A stretch of 63,981 nucleotides of DNA, filler included, from Craspedostauros australis (Eukaryota), in NCBI GenBank assembly GCA_030167865.1. It is 11 parts of 11 records of this genome, joined end to end, with 100 filler letters (N's around TTAATTAATTAA, not from the genome) between each part and the next. Parts side by side here need not be neighbours in the genome. Positions count along the whole stretch, not along the records: positions 45,985 to 48,490 come from JALAGF010001592.1; positions 48,591 to 49,977 come from JALAGF010001594.1; positions 50,078 to 51,597 come from JALAGF010001595.1; positions 51,698 to 54,099 come from JALAGF010001597.1; positions 54,200 to 55,407 come from JALAGF010001600.1; positions 55,508 to 57,695 come from JALAGF010001601.1; positions 57,796 to 61,709 come from JALAGF010001602.1; 4 more parts are not named here. One strand, given 5' to 3'. This document shows, piece by piece, positions 46,546 to 58,140 of the stretch (its first letter is position 1; every line of letters starts with the position of its first letter). The position numbers and the translations under genes were made by a program. The notes beneath the pieces were generated by a model. That model did not search any database and was not told where the DNA came from. It saw only the letters and a program-made list of their open reading frames with translations.

Positions 46546-48591
46546 CCGTTGGAAAAATGTGAAGTATGGTCCATTGTATGGTAAGATGGTAACGAATGGT
46601 TAAGAATGTCAACACTATTGTGGAATGCCCCACATCCAATTTGATCTGATTTGAGCGCTCTTGTCCATCTCCAATCAGCTCGTCCGCGCGCTGTATGTCA
46701 TCGTTTCTTTGGCTGCCGAGTGAGGTCCTCTCGTGGCTCCTGCTTCTGTCACGCGGAGGGGATTGAGATCCATCAACCATCCCTCTCTTGTGCCCACATG
46801 ATATTCATTATGTTCATGAGGGGGCATGTGTTATCAGGTGTGCCGCTTGACAATGACCATAATGTGGAAGTGGATCTGGTTGCAGGTGTGGGTGCGGATG
46901 TGGATGCATTTCACAGTTGGAGTGGTACAAGTAGCGTCTTGAAATAGAGCCCAAACGTAATGGCTGTTGTCTTGTTGGCTGTTCTTTAGCTGTAGGCAGA
47001 GGCTTGACTGGCAAGCGGTCCGAACGTGAGTCTTCTGTTCCACAAGTAGTCAATTGAGAATACTGGTAGATGGTGAAGAAACGTGCGGATTATGACATTA
47101 GTGCTACGGTTCTTCCCTGCGGGGGGGGATCTCCTGTGGTGTCCTGAATGACAATGTGTATGGGTCGTGTAGCCCAAGTACCGTGGGTCGAGATCCGTTG
47201 TCTGAGTTCCATGAGAGACAATGGGCGATGATGCGCGTTGCTGGGGCTCTGTTTCCGTGTGTCGGCGTTTTGGCGATGGTGGGTGTCAGAAACTTGGTTA
47301 TCGGAACCCTATTGGTTCCCTGACACGGGTACCAAAGATCTGCTTCAAGGTTCTGGATCTGTCCCCAAACGTGGGGGCCGGTGAAGTATTCGTTCGATCT
47401 ACTGGAATGCTGACGAGTCGGATGATTCGTAGTCTCTCTTTCTAAGATGGGTACTAGTTTAGCTCTATTATCTTGGGCACAAGCATCATGGCAGAACCAA
47501 GAGTTGGCCATCAGCCATCCTTGAATCTTTGATGGTGTCCAGGTTGATGCTGATGTCCAACGATCTGGATAACATTCAAGTTGGTCATGAAACAGACACC
47601 AAAGATACCGCCACAGGTTGGCCATGGAAGCGATGGCTGTCCACGACTTTGTCATGGCTCACCGCCTCTCTCTTCCATAATGTGGGATGGTGTGGGATGG
47701 TGTCGTATTTCATTTCGTTTCATGTCGTTGCGCGTCATGCTGACATGAAACTGGAGATTTGTGACGGATGTGTGTTGGAACATGACGAATATTCAGATTC
47801 GTGTATGACCCGGTTGGGGTCACAGTTGCGCAAATGACTGCTCACACATATTTGTTTGTCCAGAACTCCTTCTCACGATCAAATGTTCCAAACCCGAAAA
47901 CGGAAATTTACAGCAGAATCCTCGAATATGACGAAAGAATCTCGGAATCTTCAGAAACAAATAATCAGTTAGGATTCGGGCGTAGACGGCGCGAATCGGC
48001 GGAGGATGCCTCTTGGATCTGCCGGCTTCGGGATAGCCGTGTGATGCGGTTCAAGAGAAGTGTACTGATTGAAGAGTTAACTGTAACGATGAGTAGAAGA
48101 GTGCTTTGTAGCTAATCCTTGTGTGTTTATTATGAGTTAGCTTGTAGTGTTAGTAGGATGAAGAAACGATGCCACACAACTTGGCAAGACCCTGCACTGA
48201 TGTACTTGGTTCAGTGCTTGAGGGTAGATGATCATAACAGTGTCTTTCTCTCCGCACATGTAGATACACTGCAGTGTAGATCATGACGCATGTCAGTGAC
48301 GGTCATGAAGCAGTGGCTGTGGCTGGAGCTGACCCTCGGATTCCATTGCTCGAGTTGAAGCAGGTTGGATACACGCGTCAAGACTACGACAGTGGTGCAG
48401 TAGTCGTCAGCATGGAGGGAATCGAGGTATGTTGTAGTAAAAGGATCTGAGGAGCATATCCCTTCATGACCTAGGGGATTACTTCGATCCNNNNNNNNNN
48501 NNNNNNNNNNNNNNNNNNNNNNNNNNNNNNNNNNTTAATTAATTAANNNNNNNNNNNNNNNNNNNNNNNNNNNNNNNNNNNNNNNNNNNNT

Positions 48592-49977
48592 ATGCAACAG
48601 TACCACATGCTCGTACTCAACGCCCTCGGAAGGGAATACGAGACGGACGTGAAGCTCTTGGAGCTCAAGTTCGATGGTATGGAGAATACCATGACCCTCG
48701 AAGACATCCGCGAGGCTGTCAGTGCCACCTACGACGGCCGATACCTCAAACTCGGCGGCAATAGACGTGAGAACAATAGTAACAAGGAAGAGACTGCATT
48801 CGCTGCAGTAGGAGGCTTCAAAGGTCACTGCCGCAACTGTGGTGCCTACGGCCACAAGAAAGCAGACTGCCGCTCCGCCCCCAAGAAAGACAATGGCAAG
48901 AACAAAAAGAGTGGCCAAGGAGTCAACAACAGCAAGCCCAAGTTCAATGGGGAGTGTAAGTACTGCGGTAAGAAGGGACACAAGATCCTACAGTGCTTCG
49001 AGCTGAAAGCAGCCATGAAAGAGGCAGACTCGGCTAATGTGGCAACTGATGGGATGGAGGGAAATAACGACGTGGCTCTTGTGATGACAGACGAATTAAT
49101 TTGTGTGCCCACCTCGGGAGACACGAACGAATTGGAAAATGTGACCAACTTGTCTGTGAACACAGGCGAGGCGAAAACACGTGACAACAACAGCAATTAC
49201 CAAGCTGACTCCAAGGTAATGGAGGACGTCGCCTTTGCAGCCATCGTCGAACAGACTGACACATCTCCCATTCTTTCCTTGAGACCACACAACATCAACA
49301 ACAAGATGAGCAACTCCAATCCGGGACACGAGTCCTACTACGACGCAAGCCTCACCAACGAAGGCGCCACCGACACCGAAGACGTGGATGACGACATGGG
49401 CGGTGCCAACCGAGAAGGAACGGCACGCCGTCCAGTGTTCAACTTCGCTCCAGAGCTCTCCCGCGTGGACCGAATGATCGGGAACTCGACAGGGCTCACC
49501 ACCAACACGGCCTGGTGCCCTCTGTGCCTCAAACGAGGACCACTCTATGCATGGTGCGTGGAATGCCCCCAAGTTCCTTTCTTCATCCAGCTCCACAACG
49601 AGCCAAGTGGCAATGTGCCGACCAACGATGAAGAGCGCGCGGAGCGACGCACCAGACTCGAAAGAGCTGGCTCCCTCCGCAATGCTGTGCGAGCATCGTT
49701 GAGCAACGTGCTTCGAGCCAATGAGGTGCGAAACGAACTCGCCCTATTGTGCTACGACGCTGTAGCCACCCACACTCAGGACCGCGAGCTACAGATCGAG
49801 CCGCGCACAGTGTACTTCAAGCTACACGAGATCGGGATGATCACCACACTGGGTGTGTGTCGCAACCCGTGCAACATCAACAACAGCTTGGAATCTCGTC
49901 ACTTCCAACCCTTCCCCAGCGATCTGATTTCGTGCATGACCCTCCATGCCGCGAACTCCATCCGTTGGACCCATCAC
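48592..49977 (+). mobile_element. Ty1/copia (CoDi-like) gag fragment with two CCHC knuckles and a downstream extra domain
   Basis: Copia-gag C-terminus (VLNALGREYE), FKGHCRNCGAYGHKKADC and FNGECKYCGKKGHKILQC. Both ends are at gaps. Confidence 0.85.
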
Positions 49978-50077
49978 NNNNNNNNNNNNNNNNNNNNNNN
50001 NNNNNNNNNNNNNNNNNNNNNTTAATTAATTAANNNNNNNNNNNNNNNNNNNNNNNNNNNNNNNNNNNNNNNNNNNN

Positions 50078-50353
50078 ACCGAAGGAGAGGTACCTACAGG
50101 TCTACGAGTATGAACTTGACGAATGTAGGTACTCTCCAACTCTCAGCTAAACAAGCGATGAACCACGATGAAAGCAAGATGAAGATGCAGACGAAAGAAG
50201 CCAAGCTAAAGGGTGAGACCTCGAGTGGCTACTGCAGATCATGCTTGTTGTGAAACTGGAATCGAAAGGAGATGAGCATGTTGTGCTCACAGTTCTAAAA
50301 CGGTACAGACTGATAACAGATTAGTCTACTACTATAACCTCGGATTTCCAACA
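50078..50353 (+). mobile_element. 3' portion of an LTR related to 45985-46419
   Basis: Shared block and identical terminal CGGATTTCCAACA, after which the flanks diverge. Confidence 0.7.
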
Positions 50354-51105
50354 CATATGCGTACTAGTAAATACGAATACCATCCATTGATGGACAGCTT
50401 CGCCAGAGGCCTATTCCCGGCCTCAGCAATTGGACCTCACCCTGGAAAGGCACCGAAGACTCTGCAGACAGCCAGCCCTAATGGACAGCCATCGCTGCTT
50501 CATTTCCCACCCTGAGGTCGTACAGAAGCGAAAGCGCTCCCGCAGAAAGGATCGCCTGACACGCACCTCATTGGACCCACGAGCACAAAGAGGAGCTCGA
50601 TCCGCGACGATCGTATCCTGAATCGGTGTTCACTCAAATATCCACTGCAGATCGAGCCACACTTGGAAAGTACTGTCACTCTCTGAGCCCTACCCAGCAC
50701 CGCCTTGCCACCTCATCCAGAACTTCCCCGAATGGGCAAAACCTCAATCTCGGCAAAGGCGCAATGGCAGACGAGTCCGGACGAACAGAGTCGGCCTCAA
50801 CCCGAGATTTTCCGACATCCGTGCGTGTATGCTTGACATGCCACCACTGCCACACTGTCAAGTTTGACCCTTATCCCATCAAACAGGTATCTTTGGCAGC
50901 CAATGCTGCACAGAACAGCCAGACAGCACTCACAAGCTTCCTCTCATGCATCTCCGACTGCTCCATAGAGTAATACAATAAGCAATACTGTCTTGAGCAC
51001 GAAGTTGCGATACTGTGGAGTGGCGGGTGGTGTGCAAAACGCTGAGAAGCATGCGACTTTTCTCGGCCTCTGCTCGTATTGCATCATCTCATCTCGTTGA
51101 GGGAA

Positions 51106-51597
51106 TAGAGGGATATCGCATTTCACATTCACACCCCTCCATTCATGTCACATGTGGCACTCACGTTCGGATTTCACATTGGTACTCGTGACTCGTTCGT
51201 GACCTACTTAGAAAGACGACCAATATGACTGAGTCGGCTTCTCTTCTGTAGAATATAGTTCGAGTTTAGACTGATATGATATGAATGCTCCTTGCATGTT
51301 ATCGCTTCACTTGTTGAGACCAAAGGATGGTAGGATCATTAATGGGTGTGATCTGAGTTGCTCGCAACGCACATCCCTCTTTCTCCTCTTAGGAGTTTCG
51401 TGTTGTGAGAGGTTCGTTGCCATCTCTTCTGTCTCAACTTTGCCACCAACAGAGGTCCGGCAACAGATGCGCAAGCACTTTGTCCCTGCTCATTCACGGC
51501 TTGTTCAAGGCTATGTTGCCAATGTCGATGGCAGAGACCTCTTGATCACCGTATTATGGAGATAGATCAGCAGTTTGTTGTCCAATAGAAGCTCTTC
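51106..51597 (+). mobile_element. Dispersed repeat / DNA transposon end (copy C)
   Basis: Near-identical to copy B over ~375 bp and runs into a gap. Confidence 0.82.
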
Positions 51598-51878
51598 NNN
51601 NNNNNNNNNNNNNNNNNNNNNNNNNNNNNNNNNNNNNNNNNTTAATTAATTAANNNNNNNNNNNNNNNNNNNNNNNNNNNNNNNNNNNNNNNNNNNNCAC
51701 TGTCGTTCGTCATTGACAGGGGGTCGTACTGGTCATGTGCACTTGGAGTCGTGTTTCAACGTTTTTCCCGTGCCTTGCAGAAAAATGTCTCTATCAGGTT
51801 ATGACTCCCTCGCGGGACTCTCTCGATGGAAATTTCAACAATGCGAAACCTCTCTATTATGCTCCTTTTCTCTCTCTA

Positions 51879-54099
51879 CTACAGTGAATCTGACAGCTGA
51901 GACATGCTGTCATCATTGACAGCACTCTCCGCCGATCCATTGCTTCCTGCCGTGCTTCTGACATTGGTATCCCTTGCCATCCTCGCTGTTGGATCCTTGC
52001 TTACCTGCCCTTTAGAAATCATGTCGGAAACAGACTGGGCAAGTCCATTGCCTGGTGTTCCATGTGACATCAGATCTTGGGTGTGGCCCGTATGACTGTG
52101 ATACTCCTGCGATTGATCACGAAGATCGATGGATTTGATTTGCCCAACGAGGCTTTTGTCCATCATCTCGCGCACACGATCTTCATCAACGTAGTCACCG
52201 TACTCTTCGCGGAAGCTCTTGGCTTTGGGGACGGAGCCCCATCTCTCGTAGAAGCCTAACGCCTGGGTGAAGTAGCCACGGATGCGAGGGTCCTTGCCGC
52301 CGCTGCTCCTCAGCAGCTGCTTGCCCGCCAGCTCGCTCACCAGTCCTGCTGAGTCAAGATGGTTTCCGGCTCTGGCGTGCATGATGGCATTGTCGTAGCA
52401 GGTGTCCACGAGGGCAGAGCTGATGGCTCCAACCTTGATGGCCTTCCATTCAGCGCGCATAATCAAGTACAGGTAACGGGCGCTGTTTCCTCTTTCATCG
52501 CAGATCTTCTTCAGCTCCCGCTTGCGTTGCCGGAGCATCTTGACGTACTTCTTCTTCTTTGTCTGTCGGTATCGATGAGAAGCCATCAAACCACTCAGGA
52601 AGGGAACGGTCGTCATAAAAGGAAAGCTAAGGTCGTTGGCACCGTTCGTCGTGAGCAGATGATCCATCTTCTCCGCGTGTTCGAACTTGCCGAAGTACAC
52701 CGCGATGTAGAGGCGACCCCAGTAAGCGGAGGTTCGTTTGAATGGATCGGTGTGTTCATATTTGTTGACATCCATGAGTGTCTCCCATTCCAATTCAATG
52801 TTGCCCTGCATACAGTTGTATAACGAGAACAATTGATTGACCATACCCTTGAATGCTTCGATCTTGTATATCTTCATGTGCTCGAGGAGAGACCTTGCAG
52901 CTGGTACGACCTGGGCTAGAGGTCGTCCATCGAAGAACGAGAACAAGGCATTGCCGTTTTGGGTTAGCACGCTGAGCTCGACATCGCCAACTGCCATGGC
53001 CGACGTGTAAGCATATTGAAAGTCCTGGGAGACTTCACCCCATGGCTTGAAGAACGAATCCACATACATGGCGACGGTGTAGTATATCCATCCCTCTGTC
53101 CTCGTCCCACGGCCCACCCTACGCGTGATCTTCTTTGCAAGTTGGGCGGACTTGCGTGCGTCCGCAAATTCGCCCAAGCCTGCTTGAATCATGGAAAAGG
53201 CATTCAAGGCACCAGCAGAATACTCGCAGATGCCATCTCGCCTCGTGATCTGCATCGTTCGCATGGTTGCCACCATCCACGTCATCATGTCTTGACATGA
53301 ATATGCTCGGACGCTAAGTTCCGCCAATAGGTGCATTGAGAGCAATGTTTGTGGGTTGTCGGTGATCGGATTTTTTTCGAAGAACTGTTTCACTGTTGTC
53401 CTCTTCAAGTAGGCTCTGATGGAAAGAAGCTGCGATATACCATGGAACGCAAACCATCGCTTGGGATACTCGCCACAGATCTGGGCACCCTCCTGGGCCA
53501 ACTGTAACCCTTCCGCATGTTCATCTTGCCTACCAAGGGCCTTCGTCATGACAATGTACGTGGGGAGCTTGTCGTGGATGGAATGTGCATGCTCAAGCAC
53601 CTCGTTTCCCAACGAATATCCCAGGTCGAATCGGCTGAGAGAGAGCTCGACGTCACACCGAGCACGCATCAATCGAATCGTCAGATCGTAGTAGTCTTCC
53701 CACAGGTTACCTTTCACCTTGCGTAAGGCAGTGTTCGCAAGCTGGAGGTACGTCGCAGCAGGCGCCAAAGCGGCGATCTGAAGTGCATGCTCGCCGACTT
53801 GCAGGTTGCGTCGAGTCGATGTCAAATGATCCTTGGTTGGGGCGCAGTTGAGATGGTCGGCTGCGATGAAGAATATGCCACTGTCGCTTCCTCGATCAGT
53901 GACTGTGTTGGGCAAGCCACCGCCACCGCCACCACTGCTGGTGGTGGTGTTTGTGCAGAAGTCCCACAGGCACTGGCCGATCCGCAGACGAAGCTTCATG
54001 CGCGCCTCTCCGAACGGCACGAGATCACGCGCTGCCTGTTGGATGCGGTCATGTGCGAAGCGATAGCTTGCAGCGCCGATGGAGTTTGCGAGGAGGCCC
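51879..54099 (-). CDS. C-terminal (winged-helix/TPR-like) part of a STAND-class AAA-ATPase related to bacterial kinase-AAA multi-sensor proteins, 5' end lost in a gap
   Basis: The frame is open from the contig edge and reads YRFAHDRIQQAA, FIAADHLN, NLQVGEHA...AA...A..YL..A, W...YDLT..L, YDNAI..A...N and A...Y.RWGS..K. Confidence 0.8.
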
Positions 54100-54199
54100 N
54101 NNNNNNNNNNNNNNNNNNNNNNNNNNNNNNNNNNNNNNNNNNNTTAATTAATTAANNNNNNNNNNNNNNNNNNNNNNNNNNNNNNNNNNNNNNNNNNNN

Positions 54200-55407
54200 G
54201 ATGTCCGATAACGCGAAATCCGAGATCGGATTCAAGGTGCAAGACATCCTCCGACAGTACTCCATCGCTGACCATCAGAGCGAACCGGAGCACCAGCACC
54301 AGAACGCCGCAGAGAGGCGTATCCAAGACATCAAGCGCATGACGAACGGCATCATGGACAGGACGGGCACACCTGCTCGCTTCTGGCTCATATGCACCAT
54401 GTATGTCATTGTGCTCTTCAACCACTTGGCTCAACGCACGGCAGGTAACGTCACGCCGATGCAGGCAGCCTACGGGCACCGCCCCAATGTGAGCAAGTTC
54501 CTTGCCTACCGATGGTGGCAACCGGTGTACTACCGTGTTGAGAAACCTGGCTTTCCCAGCCAGTCCAAGGAGCGAAAGGGGAGATGGGCCGGACCCTGTC
54601 TCCACAAGGGTGATGAGCTGACCTTCTGGGTGTTGGACGATGACACCCAACAGCTCCTCCCTCGGTCCTCGATCCGTGCAGCCGACGAGCGCGGCTCCCG
54701 CAACCTGCGTGTCGACTTTCCCCTGGCCGACGTTGGGGAGGAAGACGGCTCGGACACGAACCCACCTGATGATGGGGAGCTTGACGACGACGTCCCAGTG
54801 CCTGATGGAATGCAACCAGTTGTCCATTCCCTTGGAGACGCCGTTCTTTTCGCTTCTGCGGAATCCGATCCTGGAACGGCGGACATGGCAAGAGTCTCCA
54901 TCCCTCGATTCACACCAGAGGATCTCATTGGCAAGACCTTCCTGTACGACCGCGACGGACAGAGAGTCAAGGCCGAAGTCATCCAACGCGTCAATGATGC
55001 GGATGCAGCGAACCATCAGCGAATCAAGATGTTGCTCGCCTTCGACGATGGAGCCACCAACGAACTCATCTCCTACGTCCAGCTGTCCGACATCATCGAA
55101 CAGCAGCTCGAACNNNNNNNNNNNNNNNNNNNNNNNNNNNNNNNNNNNNNNNNNNNNNNNNNNNNNNNNNNNNNNNNNNNNNNNNNNNNNNNNNNNNNNN
55201 NNNNNNNNNNNNNNNNNNNNATTGTACAATGGGATGACGGATCAACAACATCCGAACCACTCTCCACCATGTTGCAAGATGATCCTGTATCATGTGCGGC
55301 ATACGGCCGGAAGAACGGATTGCTGGATCAGCCTGGATGGAAACGGCTGAAGAAGCTCTCTGACCGACAGGCTCGAATGGAGCGCAAGACCTCCATCAAC
55401 AAGGCCA
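54200..55407 (+). mobile_element. Ty1/copia (CoDi-like) pol fragment: integrase core C-half plus a downstream chromo-like segment
   Basis: MSDNAKSE...SEPEHQHQNAAERRIQDIKR (D..E of integrase), WQPVYY, E.KGRW.G...H.GD.LTFWVL, then VQWDDGSTTSEPL...DDPVSCAAYG..NGLLDQPGWK. Confidence 0.85.
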
Positions 55408-55508
55408 NNNNNNNNNNNNNNNNNNNNNNNNNNNNNNNNNNNNNNNNNNNNTTAATTAATTAANNNNNNNNNNNNNNNNNNNNNNNNNNNNNNNNNNNNN
55501 NNNNNNNC

Positions 55509-56199
55509 TGTTGTCGATGCTGTCGATGACGCTGCTGTTGTCGATGCTGTTGTCGGCGCTGTTGCCGTCAGCGCTGTCGATGCTGTCGATGACGTCGATG
55601 ACGCTGCTGTTTTGGCCATCGCCACAAGTGGCGCACGTGTTACCAAGAAAGGAGTCGAAGATGGCAGCGGAGGTTTCGAAACCTTCCTCGACTTGGTCGT
55701 TGGCACGTTGCCAAAAATCCCGCACCAAATTCCGAGTCTGCGAGTGCCAATTCTGCTCATTCGAAGGCCGCGAGCTCGCTTCGGTGTGCCCCCCTCCACC
55801 ATGTTCGCTGACGAGGCGTTCCTGTTCATTGTTGAGGTCACTGTCGACTTGAAGAAGGGCCTGCTGTTGTTCTTGGGGAAGGAGGTCGCGCAGGGCGCGG
55901 ATGGCATTGTTCCCATGTCTGGCCCATACCACGAGCCCACAAAAGTCTCGTAGCACGGCGGTGACATCACTTGCGGAGATGTTTCTTGCATTCTTGGTCT
56001 TTTTTGCTGACGTCTTGAAACACCCCAACAACTTCTTCGTCTCCTTGCGCTCGTCGAGTGTACCGAGATCTTTGACTACCTTGTTGAGGAAGTTCAGAAG
56101 CGAGTGAACTTCCCACTTCTGTTTTGCGCTGTTGGTGGCTTGAGCGAGAGCAACAAGTGCCTCAACGTGTTCTTTTTCTTCGTCTGTGAAAGTCACCAT
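55509..56199 (-). CDS. Hypothetical protein with an S/I/D/N low-complexity tail, running into a gap
   Basis: Open frame from MVTFTDEEKEH with helical character. No family recognised, and it may be TE-borne. Confidence 0.45.
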
Positions 56200-56370
56200 G
56201 GTTGACGTTGTCGTTCGGATGTGTGCGTGTGCTGATGGGAAGTGCTCCTTCAGGTCAATTCGTTGGCCGATGTGGAAGGGGTGTGTGTCAAAGATTTGTG
56301 TTGCGAAGTTGCTCCATTTATGAAGAGGCAAATGGAGGACGAGGAGAACAACGAAAGAACTTGCACTTGC

Positions 56371-56500
56371 CGCGTTGTATCGCGTTGTATCGCGTTGTAC
56401 CACGTTGTCTTTGGCGCAAAGTTGGAAAGACAAGCCTGGACCACAAGCGGTTGACTTCGATCGTGGACCACAAGCGGTCGATTTTGATCGTGGACCCACG
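56371..56500. repeat. 10-bp (CGCGTTGTAT) x4 and 27-bp (TGGACCACAAGCGGT.GA.TT.GATCG) x~2.3 tandem repeats
   Basis: Directly visible upstream of the 56199 ORF. Confidence 0.8.
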
Positions 56501-57070
56501 CTTCTGCACGTTGCAAGTTAGCGAGCATCCTTCTCAAAGGCAACTGTCATTGTTTTGCATGTGTCGAATACCGTCAGAAGGAGCATTCGAACTGCAGCGT
56601 CAAAGCACAGAGTGCACAACATGCACACTCACGTCGAGCTCCTCTTTGAAATCATTGATTTGTTGTTTGTGGACAGGTTGACCACCGCATTGATGGCTTG
56701 TTCCAGTTTTGTGATCGACCAGGAGTCCATTTTCGGTTGGACTCGACGTTATATAGACGTTAAATCGAGACAGAATTCAAATTGTCGTGTGACAACTTGG
56801 AGCAGATGGAAAAGGCAACTTGACATCACTTTGGCCACAGATAGATGTGTTCGACTGAGTCATGCCACCATCAATTGAACACATCTTTTGTGGAAAGTGG
56901 TTGTGAGCAGTATCGTTGCGGGAGGAGCGTCACGGCAAACGTGACGGAGCGCTCCATCAACACAGCCCCTCCTCTCTCGACGTCAGCGATGACCAGGCAC
57001 AAGCGATTTTCTCCCTTCCCGCTCTTTCCCATCATCGCCTCTCCATCATCACTACATTGGTGCTCCTTGA

Positions 57071-57694
57071 TCACTTGGATGATTTGGCGGACTTACTCGT
57101 TTTGCTGTCTTTCGATGATTTTGACCCCTTCGCTTCCTTCATGCTCCAGGCCAGGGTTGGTTGAGAAGATGATGCGGAGGATGGTGTGGGCGAGGGCATG
57201 AATGGTGGTCCGGATGACGGCGAAGGTGACGGTGTGGATGATGGCAGAAGCGATGGCGCAGCGGATGTCATGTCCGATGGTGCACCCGCAGCCAACACTG
57301 TCAGAGAGTCGTTGTTGCAGAACTCCAACGATCCCATGAAGAAGTCGTTGAAGCCTTCGTGAGGGACATCAGGATACTCTTCAACCTCTTCGCTTGACAA
57401 CTCTGGGAACATGATGAACGGCCATCCCTCACATTCGAACCAGTCTGGTGTTGTAGGCTCGAAGTCCCCCGTGGCATCATTCCATGATTCTGTTTGCGTA
57501 TCCACACGGATGGCGACCATGCCGTCGCTTGCTGAAAAAGAAAGCGGTGGATTGAACGAGATCACATCGGTGAACTCGTCTGCACCTCTCGCCTCGATGG
57601 TTCCGGATGCAATCTCCGTCCAGGTACCAGGCGCATCCCATGAGCTGGGATGGTAGAAGATGGAATATGGTTGATTACCCACGGTGGATAGAGC
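57071..57694 (-). CDS. C-terminal part of a probable secreted/cell-wall protein: beta-rich domain, PS-rich linker and silaffin-like KxxK tail
   Basis: WTEIASGTIEARG...VISF.PPLSF, then APS..PSSTPSPSPS.PSPTPS, then KEAKGSKSSKDSKTSKSAKSSK*. The 5' end is in a gap. Confidence 0.65.
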   Translation of the reverse strand, partial: ALSTVGNQPYSIFYHPSSWDAPGTWTEIASGTIEARGADEFTDVISFNPPLSFSASDGMVAIRVDTQTESWNDATGDFEPTTPDWFECEGWPFIMFPELSSEEVEEYPDVPHEGFNDFFMGSLEFCNNDSLTVLAAGAPSDMTSAAPSLLPSSTPSPSPSSGPPFMPSPTPSSASSSQPTLAWSMKEAKGSKSSKDSKTSKSAKSSK

Positions 57695-58140
57695 ANNNNN
57701 NNNNNNNNNNNNNNNNNNNNNNNNNNNNNNNNNNNNNNNTTAATTAATTAANNNNNNNNNNNNNNNNNNNNNNNNNNNNNNNNNNNNNNNNNNNNGAAGG
57801 TGCGAGTGAGACTCCACCACGAGAAGAGAAGGAAGCAGCCGCGGCTACTGTCCTATCAGGCGCAGACGCAAGCGCGATCAACGAGACCGAAGAAGAACGG
57901 TCTGCAAGACTACACCGTAAGGAGAAGAGGATTCTCAAGGCGGTCAAGCAAGAGGAGACTGGTGTGACGGAGAGCATTCGCACAGCCAAACAGAGTGGGA
58001 AAAGTGAGACACCACCAGGAGGAGAATTTGTGANNNNNNNNNNNNNNNNNNNNNNNNNNNNNNNNNNNNNNNNNNNNNNNNNNNNNNNNNNNACGGAAAT
58101 CAAGGGCGCGAGCGCACCAACAACGAAACAACGAATCAAC

